A DNA stretch of 63,385 nt from a virus: IMG/VR virus record IMGVR_UViG_3300046533_000294, positions 1 through 63,385 of that record. One strand, given 5' to 3'. Numbering within the stretch: the first letter of the stretch is position 1; every line of letters starts with the position of its first letter. The notes under the pieces were generated by a model. The model ran no database searches and was not told the origin of the DNA. It was given only the letters and a program-made list of their open reading frames with translations. Below, piece after piece: positions 1 to 8,307 of this stretch. The translations under genes and the position numbers were made by a program.

Positions 1-37
1 GGACGCTCGGAGCCTCTCTAAGAGGCTCCGACCGCCC
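1..37 (-). repeat. Imperfect hairpin with a G.G mismatch (possible truncated 13th copy of the early-region element)
   Basis: Minus strand reads GGGCG-G-TCGGAGCCTCT-TAG-AGAGGCTCCGA-G-CGTCC: 11-bp stem, G.G mismatch, outer stem with a G-U pair. Confidence 0.45.
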
Positions 38-484
38 GCCGAAGGAAGGAAGGTCTACGGCTCGCGCGCCTACGCTCTAAAGCCCGGGAGCCGCCCCTAC
101 CTACGGGGGACGGCGACCCTACGCGCGTCCGATCGAGTCCCCCGGGCGGCTATAAGGCGGGCGAGGCGAGGGAAGCCGTAGACCGCCCCCGCGAAGCCCG
201 CGCGTAGCGATCGCGCGGCTCCTCCGACTAATACCGCCCGCCTCTCGCCTCGAACGATCGAGGGATAACGTCGGCGCCCGTCTCCGGCTCGAAGAACGGT
301 ACGCGCGGGGGCGGGGAGGGGATCGCCTAACTCCGAACCGAGATCCGTAGCCTAAACGGTAAACGTCGCCTAGACGGGCTACGCCTCGGGGCGGGCGGGA
401 GCGGGGGAAGCGCGGAAAATCCCTGCTAATCGGGGTAATCGAGGCGCGAGCTCTCGACTCGCCGACCCGCCGATCACCGTGGGA

Positions 485-700
485 AAAATGTAGAAACCGG
501 AGTCCCGGCACGGAAGCGGTCTTGACCGTTGAAACCCAGAATTGACCCCTAAACAACATAATTGACACAAAAACCCAACACCCCACAAAATTACACAAAA
601 TTACACAGAATATTCCAGGCAAAAACCACAACATTGACAAAAAACCACATTTTAGCAGGCTTTTCGTGCAGTAGCCTATTTAGAAAACTGAAAAACACAT
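485..700. promoter_or_regulatory. AT-rich non-coding region with periodic TTGAC motifs and A-tracts (origin, pac or promoter candidate)
   Basis: TTGAC at 522, 542, 562 (20-bp period) and 634; tandem CACAAAATTA; many A4-A7 tracts in a GC-rich genome. Confidence 0.45.
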
Positions 701-758
701 GCAGTCGCGTACCCGTACGCCCGCGACCCAAACCTCTCTATGCAGATTTTCTCGCTTA

Positions 759-806
759 CGCGCGTACGTGCGCCTAGGCGAAGGTTTTTTCACCGGGCCT
801 CGCGCG
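759..806 (-). repeat. CG-rich element, inverted homologue of 52092-52136
   Basis: Reverse complement CGCGCGAGGCCCGGTGAAAAAACCTTCGCCTAGGCGCACGTACGCGCG aligns with CGCGCGAGGCCGTGAAAAATCCCCGCCTACGCGCGTATACGCGCG. Confidence 0.7.
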
Positions 807-1009
807 GGGCCGGGGGCGCGCGTTGCATTCAAAACTCATTATTCAGTAGTAAAAGCTCTTTGCGCGCGCGCGCGTACGAGGCACCCCAATTCACAACCAT
901 GGATATAAGTCTTTAGTGCGCGGGCGCGTGCACGCGCGCGAGGCCGGGCGCGAGCTGCACCAGCCAGCTATACTCACGCACAAACCCGCCACACACGAAA
1001 GGAGACACA

Positions 1010-1213
1010 TTGGCTACCACCCAATCCCAGGCAGATCCCACTCCAGCCTCAGTCAAAGGAACTTGCGACTTCCGCTGGGGGCCGGGATGCACCGGAGCGG
1101 CCAGCCCAGACGGGAATCATCTCTGCCAGCTGGCCAAGGGCCACACCAAGCTCCAATGCGAGTGCTACTACGACGGCATCAAGCAAGTCAATGCCTCCCG
1201 GGATAGGGTTTAA
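1010..1213 (+). CDS. Small Cys/His-containing hypothetical protein
   Basis: SD GAAAGGAG before TTG; 67 aa with several Cys and His. Confidence 0.6.
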   Translation: MATTQSQADPTPASVKGTCDFRWGPGCTGAASPDGNHLCQLAKGHTKLQCECYYDGIKQVNASRDRV

Positions 1214-1219
1214 CCACAA

Positions 1220-1429
1220 ATGGGTTACAACCCCCGATACAACCAGACTCCCGACAAAAACACCACAATCCTTCCGAGTGGCCGCACCATCAACCAGGCA
1301 GTCGCACGCGCCACCCAAAGACGGAGCTATGGAGACCAACTCTTAGGAGCAGACTTGCGATTGCTGAACGCCATTAACGGCCGGAAGCAGTACAACACTC
1401 GGCAAGCGAACGGGAACGGGATACGCTAA
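1220..1429 (+). CDS. Hypothetical protein
   Basis: ORF packed directly behind the previous gene. Confidence 0.5.
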   Translation: MGYNPRYNQTPDKNTTILPSGRTINQAVARATQRRSYGDQLLGADLRLLNAINGRKQYNTRQANGNGIR

Positions 1430-1484
1430 GCTCCGATCCCCGCCCCCTCCCAGGAAAGGAGTAGACACGAGAGTCCTCGACAGA

Positions 1485-1829
1485 ATGCATTGGCATACTC
1501 ACATCGACGGGCTCGACTCCATCGAGCGACAGCTCCGCCAAATCAGGAAGGATATGCACAATATGAGCACACAGATGGACGAACTCAACACCGCGATCCA
1601 GAACCTTGTCGCCGACGCGACAGCAAACGCAGATGCTGTCACGGCTCTCATCGCCAAGATCGACGCCGTGGGCGTGACGGCGGATCTGTCCGACGAGATC
1701 CAGGCCGTCAAGGACGCCTCCGCGTCCCTCGAAGCCAGCAAGGAGGCAGCCGACGCCGTGCTGAACCCGCCGGCAGCTCCGGCCGACCCGGCGACCGACC
1801 CCAACGCGCCGGAGGTCAACCCTCTGTAG
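1485..1829 (+). CDS. Coiled-coil, acidic Ala-rich hypothetical protein
   Basis: Heptad-like Ala/Leu-rich sequence, GC3-rich codons, upstream AAGGAG. Confidence 0.7.
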   Translation: MHWHTHIDGLDSIERQLRQIRKDMHNMSTQMDELNTAIQNLVADATANADAVTALIAKIDAVGVTADLSDEIQAVKDASASLEASKEAADAVLNPPAAPADPATDPNAPEVNPL

Positions 1830-1852
1830 GCGCAGCACAACTGTCACAAATG

Positions 1853-1894
1853 TGGGGGCGCGCGATATGGCGGGAGGGGAATGCGCGCCCCCGC
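1853..1894 (+). terminator. GC-rich stem-loop (possible terminator or processing hairpin)
   Basis: GGGGGCGCGC...GCGCGCCCCC inverted repeat after the stop at 1829; no U-tract. Confidence 0.35.
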
Positions 1895-1912
1895 AAACCT
1901 CAAGGAGGCATC

Positions 1913-2035
1913 ATGCCAGCTCGATCCCAGGCCCAGCGTCGCTGGGCTTATGGCGTCAAGGGCGCCAAGTGGGCGAAGAAGCACCATTTCAACAACAAAG
2001 GGCGCTTGCCAGCCCGATCAAGAAAGCGGAAGTAG
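1913..2035 (+). CDS. Small basic protein (MPARSQAQRRW...)
   Basis: SD AAGGAGG then ATG at 1913; 40 aa K/R-rich; resembles small basic proteins often seen near phage packaging genes. Confidence 0.7.
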   Translation: MPARSQAQRRWAYGVKGAKWAKKHHFNNKGRLPARSRKRK

Positions 2036-2038
2036 GCA

Positions 2039-3100
2039 ATGGCCACTGTCATGCCCAAGTGGTGGGCCGACAGGAGACTCCGCAAGGAAGCTCTGGAGTT
2101 GAAGCTCGGATTGAGAAAACGTCCCAGTGACGTGCCCCACATCATGGCGGGCAGTCCGGTGGACAGGGAGCTGAACAAGTTCCAGAAATGGGCGTTGTGG
2201 ATCGCTGCTGGCAAGAATCCGCAGACGCGCCCGAAGGACATCTGGAAATCTGTGCCTGACAAGATGTATTGGGACGTACTCACCCAGTACATCAAGTTGC
2301 ACAGCACGCCACCACCGCAGAAGCCACCAATCCAGCCTACTCTGCCACCGTCCAAGTGGAAGAACACGCCGTGGGTGGTCAAGCACGTCCATACCAGCCA
2401 TGGACTGCGCAAGGACGACGGCGTCTGGACGATCGACCAGCTGATCGCCAGGGCCAAAGGAGCAAAATGCCAGGCGATTATCTGCCAGATTGGCGGAGAT
2501 ACACCTGACCCAGACTGGGCAGAGAACGCCCGAGCCCTCTACAAGGCAGGCAAAGCGGCAGGTCTGCGAATTGGGGCCTGGGGCCGGATGGACTACGTTA
2601 ACTGGGCCACTGTCCAGGCCATGGTCAAGTCAGTTCTGCCAATGGACGGGATTCTGGCTGATATCGAGGGTCGATGCCAGGATCAGATGCTGCCCGAGAA
2701 GCTCGTCAAGGAGTTTCCCAATCTACCACTGGGGGTGATTGCCACCGGAGCAATTGACCAGTCCCTCGACGGCCTCTCACCACCGGCAGTTGCGCAAAGG
2801 TGGGGTGACCACTTCGACTTCGTGGGGCAGGACTACCACAAAGCCGACAACCCGATGACGCCGGACACCGGCGAGAACTTCGTCTATTGGCGTTCAACTG
2901 CCAAGGTCAGCAGCGGGTTCAGGCATCTGCCCGAGGCGAAGGGACGCTGGCACATTCCGGTGGTCATGCCGAACGCCGAGACGTGCCCGCCGCTAGAGGC
3001 TCACCGTGCTTGGCTCCGAGACTACACGCCGCATTATGGTGTCTGGGACGGCGAGCTGGTGGAGGCCAATGGCGAGTGGGGCGTATTCGCTAGTATCTGA
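2039..3100 (+). CDS. Putative glycoside-hydrolase-like (TIM-barrel) protein, possible endolysin
   Basis: Pro-rich linker, then alternating beta/alpha pattern with AGLRIGAWG and DGILADIE, reminiscent of GH25/GH18-like barrels. Confidence 0.45.
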   Translation: MATVMPKWWADRRLRKEALELKLGLRKRPSDVPHIMAGSPVDRELNKFQKWALWIAAGKNPQTRPKDIWKSVPDKMYWDVLTQYIKLHSTPPPQKPPIQPTLPPSKWKNTPWVVKHVHTSHGLRKDDGVWTIDQLIARAKGAKCQAIICQIGGDTPDPDWAENARALYKAGKAAGLRIGAWGRMDYVNWATVQAMVKSVLPMDGILADIEGRCQDQMLPEKLVKEFPNLPLGVIATGAIDQSLDGLSPPAVAQRWGDHFDFVGQDYHKADNPMTPDTGENFVYWRSTAKVSSGFRHLPEAKGRWHIPVVMPNAETCPPLEAHRAWLRDYTPHYGVWDGELVEANGEWGVFASI

Positions 3101-3117
3101 CAATGAAAGGAGGACGG

Positions 3118-3807
3118 ATGCGAAAGATAATTGTGGCTTTAGCCGTGGCCGGTGCTACATTCGGGATCGCGACCACAGTCAACGCCAGTATCCCGAGCAG
3201 CAACGGCGTGTTCCATGGCTGCTACGCGCTGCACAACGAGACGACAGACAAGGGCGTCTTGCGTCTGGTCAACTTCGACGTTGGCGAGTTGTGCCGCTTT
3301 TATGAGGCGCCAGTCTCGTGGAACCAGACAGGGCCCACCGGCCCGACTGGCCCCAAGGGAGCAACAGGGCCAACTGGTAAGCCAGGCCCCACTGGCCCGA
3401 AAGGCCCCAAGGGTACGACTGGGCCCAAGGGCCCAACTGGGCCACCAGGGCCGAAGGGTGCTACTGGCGCTCCAGGCCCGAAGGGGGCAACAGGCCCCAA
3501 GGGGCCAACCGGCCTCAAGGGTGACAAGGGCGATCCGGGGCCAAAAGGCCCAACAGGGGCTCCTGGCCCGAAGGGTGCTACTGGGCCCAAAGGCCCGACT
3601 GGCATGAAAGGCCCGACAGGGCCCAAGGGGCCAACAGGCCCACGAGGCCCAACAGGCCCGCCAGGCCCGGGGGACAAGGATGACAAGGATCTCGGCAACG
3701 GCGAAGTCAAGTTCTGCGTGAACAAGTCGAGCGGTACAATGAAGATGTCGCCGCCAGCGACTTGCCACCAAAACGACTTCACGATCGAGGTCGTCGTCCA
3801 GCAGTAG
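3118..3807 (+). CDS. Secreted collagen-like (Gly-X-Y) protein
   Basis: SD AAAGGAGG; signal peptide [12 protein letters not shown]...VNA; long GPT/GPK repeat flanked by small Cys-containing domains. Confidence 0.85.
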   Translation: MRKIIVALAVAGATFGIATTVNASIPSSNGVFHGCYALHNETTDKGVLRLVNFDVGELCRFYEAPVSWNQTGPTGPTGPKGATGPTGKPGPTGPKGPKGTTGPKGPTGPPGPKGATGAPGPKGATGPKGPTGLKGDKGDPGPKGPTGAPGPKGATGPKGPTGMKGPTGPKGPTGPRGPTGPPGPGDKDDKDLGNGEVKFCVNKSSGTMKMSPPATCHQNDFTIEVVVQQ

Positions 3808-3875
3808 CAGAAGTCAGCAAGCCTCGGAGGATGGATTCAGGTAGAGTCCGAAACGCTTGACCCTCCACGCGGGCG

Positions 3876-4157
3876 GTGGCGGCAGATTCGGGAGCTGTCA
3901 CCGCCCGTCCGGCTATGATGATAGATCACCTGACCAGATATCAGCGCGAGACGATCCGCGTTGCTGTCGAGATCGTGAATGAGTTGCCGCTCTGCGTCTG
4001 CGGGCAGAAACATGTTCATCCTGAAAACCCCCATTTGGCCGAGTACGAGCTACTGATCTTGGTGGATGCGGGTTGCATCATGTCGGAGTTCGGCATCCGA
4101 CCGACTCGCGTTCCAGGATTGCCATTCGAGTTCGAGGTCATAGGCATCAGCAAATAG
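3876..4157 (+). CDS. Hypothetical protein (CxC motif); start uncertain
   Basis: ORF fills the gap on the coding strand. Confidence 0.5.
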   Translation: MAADSGAVTARPAMMIDHLTRYQRETIRVAVEIVNELPLCVCGQKHVHPENPHLAEYELLILVDAGCIMSEFGIRPTRVPGLPFEFEVIGISK

Positions 4158-4172
4158 TGGGAGGAGCGTCCC

Positions 4173-4751
4173 ATGGACGGACTTTATGCGATAATGGCCA
4201 TTGATCCGGGCGGATCCACCGGCGTAGCCTGGGCAGTGTTCCACGAAGAAGCCAAAACAGTGAAAGAGGCCATTGACGGCAAGTGGGCAGCGGGGCAGAG
4301 GACGTATACTGGTGCTCCGAGGCAGCAAGTGGTCGATATTGCCAGACTCTGGCGCCGAACCTACCATACGTGGGTGAACGGGCTGGGAATCCCGCCAGAG
4401 AAGTGCTATATGGTGATAGAGGACTTCATTTTGGGCCCAAACACGCCTCCGGGCAGAGAACCGCTACTTGCAGCCACTATTGGCCAAGGAATCTACTATT
4501 ACCGGCTCGGATCGGCTCATGAGCACGAGCGCTGGAACTGTGGCCTGGTTCCGCCCGTCTCCGTCTGGTGGCAAACACCCGCTCAAGCCTCCAGCTTTGC
4601 CCGGAAGGAGCGTCTCAAGGATTGGGGCGTCTGGAGTCGAGGCCATCAACACGAGCGTTCGGCTTGGAAGCATGTCGCATTGAGGGTAGCACTGTTGATG
4701 GACTCCCGGCGCTCCCTCGCGCGTACGCGCGCACGCGCGACCGCCCGCTAG
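4173..4751 (+). CDS. RuvC-like Holliday junction resolvase
   Basis: AIDPGGSTGVA first-strand motif, VIEDF, C-terminal HERSA; SD GGAGGAG. Confidence 0.75.
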   Translation: MDGLYAIMAIDPGGSTGVAWAVFHEEAKTVKEAIDGKWAAGQRTYTGAPRQQVVDIARLWRRTYHTWVNGLGIPPEKCYMVIEDFILGPNTPPGREPLLAATIGQGIYYYRLGSAHEHERWNCGLVPPVSVWWQTPAQASSFARKERLKDWGVWSRGHQHERSAWKHVALRVALLMDSRRSLARTRARATAR

Positions 4752-5010
4752 CCCAGCATCCAAGCCGTTTACGACGACCAGCCGCGATCCAGGGTAGGAT
4801 CGCGCTCGTGTACTACCCAGGTATCACCGTCATGCCTCACCCGCCCGTGGTCGTGCGTCCACCGGACTACGAGCCCATTGCCGTCGGCGTCGAGCAGGCG
4901 TACTCGCCAACAGGCACGTACGAGTGGACGCCCGACTTGGACTGGTGGCACGATTTCCTCCATACCAGTGATATCAAGTACCAGGCTCGTCCGCCAGAGA
5001 GGCCGATCTG

Positions 5011-5796
5011 ATGCCGAGAGGCGGCCACAATCCACCACCCGAGCCGCGACGCGGCCCCGGCTCTCGTCCTCGGAAGGGAGCAACCAAAGCTGTCGCTAAT
5101 GGCGGCCTCGACACCAAGCTGAGGAAGAAGCGCAGGCGGCTAGCCGACGGCAAGCAGCCAGGCTTCGAGGTTCAAGCTGCTCATGCCCTTGGTGGTAAGT
5201 GTGACGCCAAGAAAAGGGACGGGGTGGGCCGCTGTTCGCTGCCGGCGGGATATGGAACCGACCACCCGCAGATCGGGCGATGTAAGTATCATGGTGGTAA
5301 CTCTCCTGCCCACCACAGAAGTGTGATCGTGGAGCGCGCTCGGCTCATGGGCGCTCCGATCGACATGAACCCGGTCGAGGCCATCATCTGGTCGATCAGG
5401 ATCACGGCAGGGGAGGTCAAATGGCTCTCGGAGCAGATAGCCGAGATCGATGAGAAGGACTGGCACGAAAACACCGTGCTCGGCAAGCAAATGCACCTTT
5501 ACGTGCGGGAGCGGCGAGATCGCGTGGGTCTGCTCTACAAGATGGGGAATGATGCGATCAAACTCGGTCTGGCGGAACGCGCCATCAAGATGGCCGAGAT
5601 GTACGGTGTCGCCCTGTCGAGGTTCATCATGGGAGTCCTTGACGACCTGAAACTGACAGACGACCAACTGCAGCGAGCGCCCGGGATAGTGCGCAAGCAT
5701 CTAGTCGCTCTGGAAGGCAACAAGCCGATCGGTGACGAGCTAGCGCGCTTGACGATCGAGGGGCAGGCTGAGGAGGTAAAACAATTAGTAGCCTGA
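5011..5796 (+). CDS. terS: Terminase small subunit
   Basis: CDAKKRDG..C..PAGYGTDHP..GRCKYHGG motif (HGGxSTG type); lies immediately upstream of terL. Confidence 0.75.
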   Translation: MPRGGHNPPPEPRRGPGSRPRKGATKAVANGGLDTKLRKKRRRLADGKQPGFEVQAAHALGGKCDAKKRDGVGRCSLPAGYGTDHPQIGRCKYHGGNSPAHHRSVIVERARLMGAPIDMNPVEAIIWSIRITAGEVKWLSEQIAEIDEKDWHENTVLGKQMHLYVRERRDRVGLLYKMGNDAIKLGLAERAIKMAEMYGVALSRFIMGVLDDLKLTDDQLQRAPGIVRKHLVALEGNKPIGDELARLTIEGQAEEVKQLVA

Positions 5797-5858
5797 ATGA
5801 ACTCCTCAACCCTGCCGATCTCGGTAGGATCTCGCTTCCAGCCGGCACCGCAGACGCG

Positions 5859-7277
5859 GTGCTGCGCTACATGTACCCGAAGCCAAGCATCTACCGCTCG
5901 AATGCGGCAGCGTGGATCCGCGACCGCTGTGGGGCTCATGTCTGGAGCAAGCAGGAGGAGATCTGTGTATCGACGGTAGCCAACAAGTATACGGCCGTGA
6001 AAGCTTGCCACGGCCCGGGCAAGAGTTACATCGCTGGCAAGATCGCGTCTTGGTGGCTCGACCCATCTGTTCACCCGCTCGGTTCCGCCTTTGTAGTCAC
6101 AACTGCGCCCTCGTGGCCACAGGTGCAGACCATTCTATGGCGTGAGATACGCCGCACTCACAGACAGGCTAACCTGTTTGGGAGGATCACGCTGGAATGT
6201 ATGTGGCACATGGGCGAGGGCCGATCGGGTGAAGAGATTGTGGCCATGGGCCGCAAGCCGCAGGACTACGATGAGCAGGCGTTCCAAGGGATCCATGCGC
6301 AATACGTTCTAGTCATCATGGACGAGGCGTGTGGCATTCCTAAAGCTCTCTGGGACGCCGTGAAGTCGATCGTGACCAACGACGAGTGTCGTGTTCTCGC
6401 GATCGGCAACCCAGACGACCCGGGCTCGGAGTTCGCAATGAACTGCAAGCCCGGGACGGACTGGAACGTAGTCCGCATATCGGCGTTCGACACACCTGCC
6501 TTCACCGGCGAGGCTTGTCCGCAGGAGGTCATGTCCCAGCTAACCAGTCCAGCGTGGGTGGACGAGCGCCGTCGCGACTGGGGTGAAGGCAGTAATCTGT
6601 GGATCTCCAAGGTGGAGGGCGAGTTCCCCGACGTCAGTGATGACTACCTGATCACGCCGTCGATGCTTGTGCGCGCCCACGCCATCGACCTGCCCGGATT
6701 CGCTCACGGGCGTTACGGGATGGACGTAGCCCGTATGGGCGACGACATGACAGCGATCTATCGCAATCGTGGCGGTCAGGTGCGGCACGTAGACAGCTGG
6801 GCGAAGCAAGACACGATGCAGAGTGCCGATCGGGCATTCAAATACCTGAGCCGCCACTTCCCTCTGATGGTGCCCATGAACGTGGACGGGATCGGCCTGG
6901 GTGCCGGCGTCTACGACCGGCTGCGTCAGCGCGGCTGTGAGGTGGGTAACTTCGAGGGATCGGGTCGCGCCCTGAATCCGCAGAAGTTCAACAACCGTCG
7001 CTCCGAGATGTGGTGGACATTCCGCAACTTGATGGAAGAAGGGTTGATCGACCTAGACCCGCTCGACACGCAGCTATCTGACGAGCTGCAGACCGTCAAG
7101 TGGTTCATCGACCTCTCGGGGCGCATTTGTATCGAGACCAAGGAGGACGCCAAGAAGCGCGGGGTGTCCTCACCTAACCGGGCGGATGCGGCAGCGATGT
7201 GCACCGTCGAGGCAAGCACGATCCTACGCATGAACACTGAGACTATCGCCGGCACGTTGCTGGCCAAGGCGATGTAG
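5859..7277 (+). CDS. terL: Terminase large subunit (true start may be upstream)
   Basis: Walker A ACHGPGKS, Walker B VIMDEA, IGNP coupling motif, nuclease GMDVAR and SPNRADA. Confidence 0.93.
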   Translation: MLRYMYPKPSIYRSNAAAWIRDRCGAHVWSKQEEICVSTVANKYTAVKACHGPGKSYIAGKIASWWLDPSVHPLGSAFVVTTAPSWPQVQTILWREIRRTHRQANLFGRITLECMWHMGEGRSGEEIVAMGRKPQDYDEQAFQGIHAQYVLVIMDEACGIPKALWDAVKSIVTNDECRVLAIGNPDDPGSEFAMNCKPGTDWNVVRISAFDTPAFTGEACPQEVMSQLTSPAWVDERRRDWGEGSNLWISKVEGEFPDVSDDYLITPSMLVRAHAIDLPGFAHGRYGMDVARMGDDMTAIYRNRGGQVRHVDSWAKQDTMQSADRAFKYLSRHFPLMVPMNVDGIGLGAGVYDRLRQRGCEVGNFEGSGRALNPQKFNNRRSEMWWTFRNLMEEGLIDLDPLDTQLSDELQTVKWFIDLSGRICIETKEDAKKRGVSSPNRADAAAMCTVEASTILRMNTETIAGTLLAKAM

Positions 7278-7286
7278 GGAGGGAGC

Positions 7287-8108
7287 GTGGCAGTACCAAA
7301 CGTCAAGTTCAACAGGATGGTCAAAGAGGGCATGAAGGGGAACGACGTCATCGCCCTCAAGATCTGTGCTAGTCGCGCAGGATGCTGGCCCTGGGCAGAG
7401 TTCGACAACATAGCCCACAAGGAATTCATGAACGGCCGGGGCAAGACGAAGAACACGAGCGGGATCAAGGGCCTACAGCGTCTACTCAAGATCAACGCCG
7501 ACGGTGTGTACGGGCCTGTCACACACTCCAAGTCTCTGCCCTTCAAGGTGCCGGGCGGACAACTACATGCTGGCGAGTACATCTGGGATGGACATGCCCA
7601 GGTGCTCTACAGCGGCGCCAGCACCAGCAACGTCGTGGACAAGCAGAAAGCGATCGTCGCTGACGTCTGGAAATGGTGGCAGTGGATGATCGCGCACAAG
7701 GGTTCGATCCATTACGCGCAGACTCGACCGATGGGACAGCTAGCGGCGAAGCACGAGCCTCCGTTGCTGCCGTACTACGAAGACTGCTCATCGACATTCA
7801 TCTACTGCGCGTTCCTCGGTGGTGCGAAGTCGCCCGACATCGCCTACGGTTTCAGCGGCTACGGCAATACGGACTCCCTCATCCGCTGCGGCATCCCGAT
7901 CTCGGAGTCGCAGATCCCACAGTACATGCTAACGCACTATCTGGGCGTCATCTACGGCAGCAGCGTCTGGAGCACGCATCACATCTCGGCCATCAAGTCT
8001 CCGACGCAGGTGGCCTCGATGGGCAGCGAACAGGCCCCCGAGTGGTGGAGCTCAATTCATCGTGGCCCGGGAGCGATCGCAGGGATTCGAGCCTACTCAG
8101 TCTTGTGA
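7287..8108 (+). CDS. Endolysin-like protein: peptidoglycan-binding domain + NlpC/P60-type peptidase
   Basis: GMKGNDVIALK and LQRLL..NADGVYGPVT (PG-binding-1-like); C-terminal EDCSS with later His. Confidence 0.75.
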   Translation: MAVPNVKFNRMVKEGMKGNDVIALKICASRAGCWPWAEFDNIAHKEFMNGRGKTKNTSGIKGLQRLLKINADGVYGPVTHSKSLPFKVPGGQLHAGEYIWDGHAQVLYSGASTSNVVDKQKAIVADVWKWWQWMIAHKGSIHYAQTRPMGQLAAKHEPPLLPYYEDCSSTFIYCAFLGGAKSPDIAYGFSGYGNTDSLIRCGIPISESQIPQYMLTHYLGVIYGSSVWSTHHISAIKSPTQVASMGSEQAPEWWSSIHRGPGAIAGIRAYSVL

Positions 8109-8112
8109 TGCG

Positions 8113-8307
8113 ATGCCCTTGCTCGAACCAGCCGAGTACCAGGTCTTGTTCTTGACTGCAAACGGACACACAGCCAAGGAAATCGGTCGAGCAACCGGCT
8201 GGCCGGAGGACACCGTCAAGAGTCTGCTTCGATCGGCGAGACGTAAGCTCGGAGCGAAGAACACAGTCAACGCCATCTGGATCGCACTTCAGAAAGGGCT
8301 GTTGTAA
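8113..8307 (+). CDS. LuxR/GerE-type HTH DNA-binding protein
   Basis: VLFLTANGHTAKEIGRATGWPEDTVKSLLRSARRKLGAKN matches the LuxR C-terminal HTH pattern. Confidence 0.85.
   Translation: MPLLEPAEYQVLFLTANGHTAKEIGRATGWPEDTVKSLLRSARRKLGAKNTVNAIWIALQKGLL

Noticed and set aside
119-908. ORFs called in the left non-coding region
   Set aside because: No SD, low-complexity Arg/Pro/Gly translations, atypical composition.
3139-3782. Antisense Gly-Pro repeat ORFs
   Set aside because: Shadows of the collagen-like gene on the + strand.
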